Positions 23,580 to 34,459 of a stretch of 36,871 bases of DNA are shown here, piece after piece. The position numbers and the translations under genes are program-made. This stretch comes from Guillardia theta CCMP2712 (taxonomy: Eukaryota; Protista; Cryptophyta). The first letter of the stretch is position 1, and each line of letters opens with the position of its first letter. The DNA lies in assembly GCF_000315625.1 (NCBI RefSeq), contig NW_005434588.1:185151-222021 (forward strand). The letters are read 5' to 3'. The notes under the pieces were generated by a model. That model saw only the letters and a program-made list of their open reading frames with translations, ran no database searches and was not told the DNA's origin.

Positions 23580-25135
23580 ACTGTTATTTACTCAATTTCA
23601 ATACCAAGCTTATTCCTTTTGTAGTTGGCGGTATAGTAGGCACCCTCCAAGTGCCTAACGGAGGCTATGACCTGAAATGTTTGCGATGTACATAAATAAT
23701 CATACTCTTGGTATAAACAATTGTGTCTTGTGCCCATATAGGAGCACCATCATTTTCTCCCTTACAAGCAGTACTTTTGAATAGTGCCAAGTTTGATTAC
23801 ATTTCATTAAGATGTTTACTCAAACATCAAAATAGTACAACTTTCATGGGTAGTGGGGTGGGTATCACGGTAGAAAGGCCAGTGCTTTCGAACCAGTAGT
23901 GATAAAAGTACCCGTAGCGCTTGGGTACCGGCCTCTCTAAACCGTACGAAACAGATAGGAACTTAAAACTATTTATGATCAGTAAAATATTTATTGCATG
24001 GTATTGTCTGGTACCGGCGATCGAAGCCAACATTTTATATTAAAACTGCCTTTTACAACAATAACTTTGTTGTATGGCAAGCTACGACTCCCTGGTACAA
24101 ATTTCCTGACTAGGGATAAAATATATTTCATGGTACCAATTTTGTATTGATATATATATTTAAGGTGTTATTTTTGTTACAGTCCATCACAGATATTAAC
24201 GGTACAGTCCATTGTAAAAAAACCAATATCTTTACTACCTCCCTCTCTGAAGGTTGTATCAGTTTATATAGATATAGATAATCCGGCTGTCGGAGTATAT
24301 ATCCTTTTAAAGAGGCTATTTTTGGTACAGTCGTTTGTGGATTTCAAAGTCGTACAGATGTCCAAAAGTCATTTTAATTGTACGCGTCTGAACGACGGTA
24401 CCATACATTCACAATCTATGGGTTGATATAACATCTTCAATGATTATTTAAAAATTGGTAAAATAATTTCGGGTGATTGCTCCCAAATATTACCACCCCC
24501 AGAACGAAAATTTTCATACGTGGATATAACTTCATTTAAATCTGCCTGTACAAAAGAAGCACCTTTACGAGATTTGTAGTAGAATTAATCTTGACTGATT
24601 TTGTTTAGAGTACACAACGTCCCCTCAGTACCTTGCTCGGTGTAGCACGGCAATTGTAAAGATCCGAGCTGTATGGATATTACTACCATTATTATTTGTG
24701 GTATCGCCTTCCATCAGATTAAAATAACATTTTACATATAGTCATCTTTTTTTCTGTAAAATTTATATATGTATTTGCAGCAAGTCACTATTTATCAAAT
24801 TGTACCGAATATGTTTGAATGTTTAATTCATATTTGTACCAGAGCTGCAACAACAGGTACAGAGTTACTTCATTTTTGGCCCTGAAAAAAACAAGGTCTC
24901 TGACCGTCAGTTTTAAAAGGCTGCTGGAAATATTAAAAGTATTTGTACAAGATGGTCCCCATTCAGTACCGTCCGCGGTGGAAACGGTACAACCCTGTGC
25001 TCCTTTTAAAAAACGTTTTAAGACGGGGCATCATCTCTTAAAATTCAGTTATAAATCCCTGTACACGTGATAGTTCGGCGCTTTGTAGGAAAATCGGCAA
25101 ACAAGAAATCCGGCGAAACTTATTTAAAATAATTT
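23580..25135. other. AT-rich, intron-less, decayed foreign-looking segment (possible viral or transposon relic)
   Basis: Abrupt drop in GC versus the flanks, no host-type microsatellites, and broken AT-biased frames (minus strand ...CTLNKISQD*FYYKSRKGASFVQADLNEVISTYENFRSGGGNIWEQSPEIILPIFK*). No recognisable domain. Confidence 0.4.
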
Positions 25136-25139
25136 CACC

Positions 25140-25500
25140 TGGTCCGATCATGGCGGGCCGCAGGCTCTCAGTAGTGCGGACTGACTCGCCCGGACCGTCG
25201 GACGGTGACCACCTGGCCCGGCGTTCGGTACACGGTAGTACCGACGGTACTGAGGTCGGACACGGGTATTCTGCGGCCCGCCCGCCGCCGGGGCCCGGCG
25301 GGGGCCCGGACTGACTCCGAGGCTCCGACGGAGTCGCCACCCAAGTTAAAGCCCACTGTGACGAGCCATCGGTGGCAGTGAGCAAGCCTTTTACTAAGTT
25401 ACTCAAAGTTAAGTTAAAGATCAGTACGAGGACAATCAGGAGAGTCGAGGAGCCTCTAACCCATCAGTGTCAGAGACCGGCCCGGCGGGACTCCAGCGAT
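25140..25500. promoter_or_regulatory. GC-rich palindrome-dense island with AAGTT shoulder
   Basis: gggcccggcgggggcccggactgactc, gagtc, ggtac, followed by ttactaagttactcaaagttaagttaaa. Confidence 0.45.
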
Positions 25501-25537
25501 TTACTGAGAATGAGTTGCGAGTTCTGAATGTCGACGG

Positions 25538-28359
25538 TCACTGACTGCTCCTTTTCCTCCTGCGGGGCCGCGTTGCTGCTGCTGGAGCTAGCCTTGCCTT
25601 CCTCTCCTTCATCGCAGTGACATTGTGATTCGCTTCCTTTCCTCTCCTGCGAGTCTTCTGCCCCCTTGTCCTCTTCCTCTTCCTCTCTGCTTCCTGCGGC
25701 TTCACTGTTGTGTTGCCCGACCCTCCAGGGGTCGCGCTAGACTCATTGAGGTGCATGCAAGGCAAGGTGTGGTGCTTGCACAGGTGACCGTGCCTGCTGT
25801 CGTCTACCTCGAGGAGGGAGTGCGTCTTCTGTGCCCTGCTGTTGCAGCCTTCAGGATGTGAGCACCTCTTGTTCACGATGTCGCGAAAGTCTGCGAGCTT
25901 GTGGTCGGAGCAGCTGCGGCGCTTCCCGTCCTGACCGAAGACAGGCTTCTTGGGGCATCGGAAGCAGGTGGGCTTCACGAGGTCGATGAGGTCGCAGGGG
26001 CAGAGGGCGAGCAGCTCGCTGCTGTTCTGTGATGCAAGAGTGAGAAGAGGAGCAGGTGAGCCTGTACAGCAGGACCTTGTGTTGAGAGCAGGCGACGAAG
26101 ACTCTCCTGCTTCTCCTGTCGAGCTCCTCGCTCAAGTACCCGAACCTCGCTCGTCGCAAGCACCCCGGAGCAGCACAGGCCCGTCGCTGGTTCCTAGAGG
26201 GTCAGAGGAGCTGGAAGTGAAGCAAGTCTGAGAGTACTTTGAGTTCGACGTGGTCTCTCGCTCTGTGCTCTGCGCAGTACCTCGGAGCCTGGCAAGGGTG
26301 AAAAGTGAGGGAGCAGGCGGAGTGGAGGGGGGGGGGGGGGGGGAGATGGTGGTTGAACTGTGAGAGGAGAGGAGGGTGGGAAGATGAATAGGGTAGAGTC
26401 TATGAAGCGAGGAAGGAGAACAGAAGGAATCCTGAGAGGCAGGGAACGATTGTGAGAGGGAAATGAATTCAAACTCGGGTGTAATGCAAGGAAGAGAGGA
26501 GACGGCATGAGCAGGAGTTTGGGGCAGTCGGGACGGGATGTGGAGGAGGAGGAGGAGGAGGAAGAGAAGGAGGAGGAGGAGGAGGAGGAGGAGGAGGAGG
26601 TGGTGGTGGTGGTGGTGAAGCAGGTAGGACTATAGTTGGTCTTACCGGACCCTCCTTGGGGTCACCGTACATGCACCTCTTGGAGCAACCAGGATGTCTA
26701 CACTTGATGCTGATAAGATCTACTTCATCCTTTTGCCTTCAACTAACAGTATTAGTCCTTCGCTCTTCCATCACCATCACCATCACCATCACCATCACCA
26801 TCATCATCATCATCATCATCATCATCGCCATCATCATCGTCAGTGTCATCGCCATATCATCTTCATCATCACAATCGGCATTCTGTGCAATCCATTTCGC
26901 CATCACAACATTGTCAATGCGCATCTGCAATAGCAACCACCTGTGCATTTTACAGTGTGATACGTGTTTGCTTTTCCCTCCAGGCAAGCCGTAACTTGCA
27001 AAGCTTGTACAGAACAAACATCTGCGGCAGAGTGAATCTACTTCCCTAAATCTCCTCTCCTCTCCTCTCCTCTCCTCTCCTCTCCTCTCCTCTCCTCTCC
27101 TCTCCTCTCCTCTCCTCTCCTCTCCTCTCCTCTCCTCTCCTCTCCTCTCCTCTCCTCTCCTCTCCTGCTGCCCTCCTTCAGCTTTCTTGCCTTCTTCCGG
27201 TTCGCATAATCTCCATGCTGCCCTCCTCCGTGGGGGAAGAGACTTTTGAGTTTCCCTTGCTTGATGCAGGCAGAGTCATGTTGAGGAGAAGAGCTGCGGT
27301 ACCACGTTCACGGCTGGCAACGAAGGTGAGCAGTGGGCCAGACCGATGGGATGGAAGACTAGCAGCAGGGGAAGAGAATCCAAGACTAGCAGCACAGAGC
27401 TCCAGCCATGCCTGCGTCCAACCTTGAGGACCGTCCTCCTCGCAGGAGAGCAGCACAACGATCCACCTGCTCGCATCCTTCGTCGCGCTCCGCTCACTTC
27501 CCCTTGTCAATCTCCTTGTGTTATGCAGCTGCACTGTCAAGTCACGACCAGCGCCAGCACAACTGACAGCTACACCGAGGACCCGCAGCTCTTGCACAAG
27601 AACAACAGCCATGGTGAATGAGACCTGTTGCAATTTCTGTCACGCTCTCAAGCTTCCCGCCCCCTCCCAGCCCGCCTCCCCACTCCACCTGCTCTCGGCG
27701 ATGCCGTAGGTAACTTTGCCGCTATGGCAGCAGAAGCATTTTCTCAGAGCCAAGTCAGGCTCCTCCCCCCCCCTTGATACTCTCGACCCGTTCGATCTCT
27801 CCAGCAGGGAGCGATTCGACTGTACAGCAGTCTGATTGCGACGATGCTCGCTCCTCCTAGCGAAAAAGTCTACAAGGGCGTCGGGGACGGCCGTTCCTCC
27901 TGACTGCAATATGGACAGGAGCTGCAGAGAAGTTTCATGCTCCTCCACCTTGTGATGACCTCCAGCTTCATCGTACATCATCCTCTGCTCCTCAGGCCTC
28001 TCCACCATCGCGGCACCTCCACGAAGCCTGTGGCACGGGAAAAGACTGTGCATACAATGAAACAGCAGCAGAGCTCCGGAGACGTCAACGATCCTCCTCC
28101 TGCTCCTCGCGCTCTCCTCCTCCTCCTCATGCCCAGCCACATCAATAGATTCGAACGGACTTCTCAAGGAGTCACCACGGTCACCGTGCTGGGGATACTC
28201 TGCCGAGGACACATGCATTCCTGCGATAGCCTTTCTCTCTCGCCCGTCTTCGCATCGCCTTCCTCCTCTCCTGCACGCGTCCGCCTGCCCCTTCCTCACG
28301 AACTCTCCACTGAACCTGAGCAGTGCGATCCAGATGCACGCGATCAGCTCTGCCCTCAT
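25538..28359 (-). CDS. EsV-1-7 cysteine-rich repeat protein (about 5-6 repeats), basic C-terminal tail; 5' exons less certain
   Basis: Repeats of the form C-x2/4-C...(Y/F)G...C-x2-H(K/R)...(V/I)D(L/I): CLFCTSFASYGLPGGKSKHVSHCKMHR; EVDLISIKCRHPGCSKRCMYGDPKEGP/APRYCAEHR; CLRRARFGY...ACSQHK; IDLVKPTCFRCPKKPVFGQDGKRRSCSDHKLADFRDIVNKRCSHPEGCNSRA. A degenerate repeat KCFCCHSGKVTYG lies in the upstream ORF. Confidence 0.8.
27051..27165. repeat. (CTCTC)n pentamer microsatellite, intronic
   Basis: About 23 perfect tandem units. Confidence 0.95.
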
Positions 28360-28559
28360 GCGGGGGCAGAGGATGACAGGTAGAAAGCAGGAATGATGAG
28401 AGCGGATGGGAGGATATCAGCGTACTTGCTCAATCCGCATCATGTTCATCCCAACCTTCCTGTCACCATGCATTGCCCTTGTCCCTCCTCCTCCTGCTCT
28501 CCTCCTCAGCGGCTCCCTTCCCGACCCCCCAACCTTGCAGTTCAGCCCAAGTTCGCCTC

Positions 28560-29240
28560 AGCCAGCCCGGCGGTTTCTCCCTCCCCCGGGCCCGGCCCGG
28601 ACTCCGGGACTCAGGCCGGGACTCAGTCGATCGGATCGCCGGGACCGTACAGTCCGATCGAGTCAGCCGGCCCGGCCGCCTGCAGGACCGGGGGCCGGGG
28701 CTTGCGCCGGCATAACTGAACTCTGCCGATGCGAAATTCCTGGGTGGGGCCCGGGATACTCAGCGGCAGTCGCTTCAAAAGGGTTCAAGAACCGTTTCAA
28801 GTTGCCGATGATGTGGCCGCGGTTCAACGAGTCGGAAGTTTACTAGGCCGCCGTAAGTTGACTCGGCGGCCGCAGTGAGATGCTTATCAATCAACCAACT
28901 GGCACCTTGAGTATCTAAATTGATAGTCCGCTCCGATTATTATAATCAATACAACTCTACCAAACATTTACTGACTCATGATTTACGGTCGGACCTTCTG
29001 TATTTACTATTCAAGTCCGACCGTCAGTAATGATTAACTTGTGAAACAACTGCGGGCATCCGTGACTGGGCCCGGCGCGGCCGCGGCGGCGGGCGGCGCG
29101 CCGACCCGGCCGGGACTCCGAGGTCCGTCTGTCACTGCCAGAGCTTCGGAAGCCTAGTAAGTTTAAGTTAAGGCCAAACCGCCGGCGCAACGCCGTCAAT
29201 GTGACCGTTCAGCCTAAGTCAAGTTGCTCCGACGAGCCTC
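28560..29240. promoter_or_regulatory. Two GC-rich palindrome-dense islands with an AT-rich spacer, upstream of the EsV-1-7 gene
   Basis: ccccgggcccggcccggactccgggactcaggccgggactcagtcgatcggatc and gggcccggcgcggccgcggcggcg; AAGTT-rich shoulder at about 29155. Confidence 0.5.
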
Positions 29241-29260
29241 GATCATTTGAACCGTGATCA

Positions 29261-31602
29261 CTATTCGGTCTTTCTTCGTACTTGTCGTTCAGTGTCCGGG
29301 TTATCCAACTCCATGCTCTCAGCCTCGTTCCCTTCCTCCTCCGCCACCATCACCGCCTCCTCCTCCATCACCCGCGACCGAAACTCCACAGGCCCGGAGG
29401 GGCGGAGCGACTCGAGAAGATCTTCCTGCAACTGCATCTCCACCATGATCCCAGCTGGCGCTCGATCCCTGATCCGAGCGAGGACCTCGCGCAGGCTCTT
29501 CCCTTCAGCGAAGATCCCTTCCTGCTGGTCCATGAGCATCGAGTGCATGTAAGACCCCTCCGGCGCCGCCTCGCCTCCACCGCTCCTCCTGCAAACGCAC
29601 ATGCTCCACTCAGCAGGCAGGTTGAGCTCCTTCCCCAGCCGACCCTGGTTGGGAACCACCGTCCTGCATCCATCCACGAGGAGGAGGACGCGCGGCCGTT
29701 CCGACTGGAAGCTCTCTCTCCAGATGCTGACCAGGTGCTTGAGCGTCAGTACGCAGTAGAGCTCCTCCTCCATGGGCTCCAGATCCGACGCGTCGAAGTT
29801 CGTTGGGAGGAGGCAGAGCTCTCCCTCCTTGACCTCTCTCAGAACATGCCCGGAGTAGTACAGGAGGATCAAGGGCGGCGGCAGCTTCGAGATGCCGACG
29901 AAGTGAGTTCGGAGGAAGCGGATAAGGTTGAGCTCCGACGGGTCTCGGCATTCCGCCCCTCGGCACCGCGGTGTCTTTGCAAGCGCCTCGCACAAGGCTC
30001 TCGAGTCCTCCACGCTGCTCAGCTGAGGAAGAGAGTCGTACTTCCCGACTCCGACGCAGAGCCCGACGACCATGGGCTTCTCGAGCAGCACCACGTCACA
30101 TTCATTTTCCTTCTCCTGCGAGTCTCCGGTGAAGGCGCTTCTCATCCGCCGACGAGTCTCTTGTTTACTGCGAGGCAAAGCAAAGTCAGCGACCCGGCAA
30201 CACCACAAGCTCACAGCCATCCCGAGTCCCTTGCCTCCCCCCGCGATTCATCTTCTTCTTCTTCTCCGATCTTCTCCTATCCTTGTGTTCCGGCAAGACA
30301 TTTCTAACTTCCTCATTCCTGCCCCCTTCCCCCCGCCGGGCCGACTTCACTCACCCGTATGTCTCGTAGTAGTAGTCCTTCGCATCCTGCGCACCAGAAG
30401 CGAACTTTAAAACATCTAGCACCTCTTTATATCTGTCAGGATATGACGTGTCGAAATTTGGCAGTTTGCCAGGTCTGTCATGCCAGCGCCACTCTATGTC
30501 CCCGGTCTGCCCTTCCCTCAGATGCTTCCTCCAGTTATCGCGAAGGTACTGGGAAATGGGAAGCACTTCATGCTTGTGGAACTCAGCTTCCTCGAAGAGT
30601 TCGTCTTCCCGGAGCCTCATGCAGCGGCGGAGGTTGACTGCACTGACTCTCTTGGCTCGGGCGTTGATGGAACCTCTGTCGTTCCATCGCTCCAGAGAAT
30701 GAACGTGCAGACTGAAGCGCTCCAGAGTGTTGTCACCTACCTTGAACACAAACATGCGCTCAAGCAGCGACTCAGATGGAGGAAGGTTGAGGCTCTCCTT
30801 CCGCAATCCGTAGTCCTTGTAGGGAAAGTCGATGACGCAAGTGAGGGTGAGGTGTCCGTTCCTAAAGCTCGAGATGAACCCTTTCCAGAGATCCTTGGGC
30901 TTGGAAACTCTTTTCACATTTGAGGTAAACTCAGCGTCATCCTCTTGGTTATCTCTGATGGCCATATTCCGCATGGCTTCCACATAGTCTGCCTCCTGCA
31001 GTTTCCGTGCCATGAATCAGTCACTTCGACCTCCAGCAGCCGAGAATTCACCCACCTGGTTCGCCACACCCAGCTTGTCCTTGTAAGAAACCATCCTACT
31101 TGTACGCTGCCGTCCTGCAAGAACGTCACGGGGCGTCACGGGGTGCTGAAGCGTCGATGGGATCTATCTGCTCCACTGGTCTAACTAACATCCTGCAGAC
31201 CTCATGGAGCTCTCTTCTTTGCTTCCTAGCTGGGTTCCCAACCTTTACCCTAGCCTGTTCGCCATCGGCAACCTTTGCGAGATGATGTCTGAGTGACAGA
31301 CAGAAATCTTCCCATCTCTCCTGTCTTGGCAATATTTCTTAGTCGGTTCCAAATCAGAAAAATCTCGACATGCTTTCCCTACTCCTCCCAGCCACCAGAG
31401 TCTTGGGCGGCAGGGGATATCCGCAAAAGCGATTTCGACCCAGCAACTCAATGGCTGCCTTGCACGCCTGGTATCATTCTCACTTGCTCCTACTGCTCCA
31501 TCAACTGATCATCAGTTGCTGTCCTGTATCTCATGTTCCTCCCTCCCTTCCTCTACCCGCTCCCTCCTCCTCGCTACCTAGCCCTTCCCTGCTCCCCTTC
31601 AT
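29261..31602 (-). CDS. Multi-exon protein (about 630 aa) with a C-terminal caspase-like peptidase C14 domain and an OB/cold-shock-like middle region
   Basis: Last exon: VVGLCVGVGKYDSLPQLSSVEDSRALCEAL...LILLYYSGHV (His codon 29846-48)...LCLLPTN...VLLLVDGCR (Cys codon 29666-68). A phase-2 intron 30354..30168 (GTGAGT...CTGAC...CAG) joins ORF 30351-31013 in frame. Upstream exons 31602-31557 and 31504-31383, and the exon starting at 31320, splice in frame; the exon 3/4 junctions are ambiguous. Confidence 0.8.
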
Positions 31603-31749
31603 ATTTGCTTCTGCCAGCTAGGAACGAACCACCTTTTTACTTATCACTCTTCTCTCACTAAGTTTAGTACCAAATCACCTTATTACTAAATTTACTCAAT
31701 GGTATCTGTTAGGTGAAGTTTGAGTAAATTTTACTGTTGAAATGTTTCA

Positions 31750-31900
31750 GTCTGGGGCCGGGCCGGCAGGTTCGGGGCCGATCCACCACCGGCCCGGCGG
31801 GCCGGGCACCGTCACTGAGAAGTCCGAGCAGCACCCGGCCGTAAAGCTACTACTGTATTTACGAGCAGCGGATGAACGACTTTTACCACTGCCGGCCGCT
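31750..31900. promoter_or_regulatory. GC-rich island upstream of the caspase-like gene
   Basis: ggggccgggccggcag...ccggcccggcgggccggg, preceded by an AT-rich AAGTT/AAATTT shoulder at about 31655-31745. Confidence 0.45.
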
Positions 31901-31961
31901 GAAAACCAATCAGACTCGCATTGGCTGAAGAGATGCTCTTTCGCGTCGTGAGGGTTGTATG

Positions 31962-34313
31962 ACAGGGATACGTATCTCGAGATCAGCTCTAAAAGTCATT
32001 CTAAAAAACGGAGAAGATACTCTTTCAACACTATCCCGGGGGGATTCGATGAAGGTCAATTATAACAATCGTACATCTCCCGGCCTTATGACTATCTCCC
32101 TCCTTCGGGAGGACCCTCCGAACCTCTTCATTTCGATCCCTCCCCCTGGCCTCCCTGTAAGACTCCTCCCCAGACCTCTACTCCCTGTTGGCTATATAAG
32201 CCAAGGCTCCTCCTTCTCCCTTCCCATCACTCCTAGAAAAAGCTTCTCCTGCCTGCCATCCCTCCTCCCCCATCCCTTCTCTGCTCCATCTCCTGCCCCT
32301 GCTCTCGTGCTACTGTCCGTCCTGGAACATAGCTCCCTCAGCTCCCCCTCGTCCTGACTGCTGCCTATCCCCTCCCCCTCTCCCCCCACTGCCACTCTCC
32401 TCCTCTCCAGCCCCCCACCCATCCCCTCACCGTCTCCATCACGCGGGAGGTGCTCACCTCTCGCAACGCTCTTGCACACGTTGGATGCGGAGCTGCCAGG
32501 CCTGCGCGAGGGCAGCTGAAGATGGTACACTGGAGCGAGGGGCGGGAGGCGCTGGGGAACATCCTGTCAGCGAGGAGGAAGTGTAGGCTGAGGGCGAGCG
32601 AGGAGGCTTGTTCATCCGCATATTGCAAGCAGGCTCACTCAACTGAGGCATGCAACGTACGGTGGTCCATCAAATCGTCATCATCCTCTCGAAAGCGCTT
32701 TGCCTTCTCACTCTCTGCTCTCTCTGCTCCTGTCCGTACTGCTCCTGCTCCTGCTCCTCCTCCAGCGCTCCTCCTCCTTCTCCTCCTCCTGCCACTGAGC
32801 TCACCCTGATCATGACTGCTGCCTATCCCCTCTCCGTCTCCTCCTACTGCCACTGCCTCCTCCCAAGCCCCCCCCCCTCCAGTCTTCCGCCCGTCCCCTC
32901 ACCATCGCCATCACCCGGGAGGTGCTTACCTCTCGCAACGCTCCTGCATGTCAGCGAGGAGGAAGAGCGAGGAGGGGAGAGGGCTGGAGTGTAGGCTGAG
33001 GGCGATCGAGGAGGGGAGGACGATTATGTAGCCGAATTTAGGATGGTACAAGAATAAAGTGCATGTACATGAGTCACTGAGTGTTGCAATGGACCTGTGC
33101 TATGATCTGATGCAATGGTGGTAGCAATGGAGTGACAGACTGGGATAGTATTGTATGATCGTGCACGGGCTTGTGTGATCGTATCCGTCGAAGTTGAATC
33201 CTCCTCCTGCCTCTGGGTTCACTCCTAATCGGCCTCCTATGTGTTGCGCCTCTACCATTCATCATCTTCTTTTCCGGTCACGGTGCGCTGTCCTCGATCT
33301 TTACTATGATGACAAATGTAGTTCGATATGATGATGCCAAAGGGAGTACTTTCGTGAGTGAGAGTTCGAGAAAACCCGACTTCTCGTCTCCAATCCGTCT
33401 TTTGCTGATCACGCGGCTGAGGCGGACCAGCACTGCTTCACCTTGTCATTGTTCCGAATGTCGGTTAAACGTCCGTTGTGAATATCAGGATATCCCTTGC
33501 AGGGATACGATCTCGAGATTCCGAGGCGATCTCGGCGAAAAGAGCTCTTTCTACCCGTCGCAAATCTCCCGGCCTTTTGACTATCTCCCTCCTTCGGGAG
33601 GACCCTCCGAACCTCTTCATTTCGATCCCTCCCCCTGGCCTCCCTGTAAGACTCCTCCCCAGACTTCTACTCCCTGTTGCCTATATAAGCCAAGGCTCCT
33701 CCTTCTCCCTTCCCATCACTCCTCAATCCTTCCTCATCGTCATCATCCTCTCGAAAGCGCCTTACCTTATCACACTCTAGTATCTGCTCCATCTCCTTTT
33801 CCTGCTCTTTTCCGTACCACCTCCTCGTCTTCCACTCATCGTCATGACTGCTGCCTACCTCCTCCCCCTCTCCCCCACCGTCACTCTCCTTCCAAGCCCC
33901 CTCTCCAGCCCTCCGCCCGTCCCCTCACCATCGCCATCACCCGGGAGGTGCTCACCTCTCGCAACGCTCTTGCACACGTTGGATGCGGCGCTGCCAGGCC
34001 TGCGCGAGGGCAGCTGAAGATGGTACAGAGCGAGGGGCGGGAGGCGCTGGGGAACATCCTGTCAGCGAGGAGGAAGAGCGAGGAGGGGAGAGGGCTGGAG
34101 TGTAGGCTGAGGGCGAGCGAGGAGGCTGGGGTGGGAGGGAAGGAGGGAGATGCATGATCCAGTACTGATGTGATCGGATGTAGGATAATGAAAATAAAGT
34201 CCGTGCGTACCTTTGGAGTTGAATGATTATGAGTGCTTAAAAGTTGCAACTGACCGTGAGGAATAAGTGCCATATCACCGTGACCTGACCGCAGTACAAC
34301 TGCTCGTGCACGG
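31962..34313 (+). repeat. Tandem segmental repeat: two copies with a TATA box plus an internally deleted middle copy
   Basis: 32075-32234 matches 33564-33723 (160 bp, 3 mismatches; TATATAA at 32193 and 33682). Second block about 32444-32608, 32916-33015 (deleted) and 33942-34128. AATAAAGT at about 33053 and 34193. Confidence 0.9.
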
Positions 34314-34459
34314 AACCTAATCAGGCTTCATAGTAGAAGGCTATGACGGAACCATCACTTGAAACGTCACTGTAAGGAACTTGTGGTCGCTAGTTGACTG
34401 ATGATGTCGGAGTGCAATGTTCAAGTACTTGTTAAGTCTCATGGAGTTCGTCTTCAACG

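Noticed and set aside
23654-23671. Similarity (cctaa...ggctatgac) to about 34316-34347
   Set aside because: Too short and gapped to distinguish from chance.
29282-30307. 341-aa plus-strand ORF
   Set aside because: Antisense shadow of the GC-rich caspase-like exon.
33306-34157. 283-aa ORF spanning the second repeat copy
   Set aside because: It reads through the TATA block, the frame is not preserved in the near-identical first copy, and it has no recognisable domain.
31962-34313. Intact LTR retrotransposon
   Set aside because: No gag/pol, PBS, PPT, clear TG...CA ends or TSD were seen; kept only as a hypothesis.
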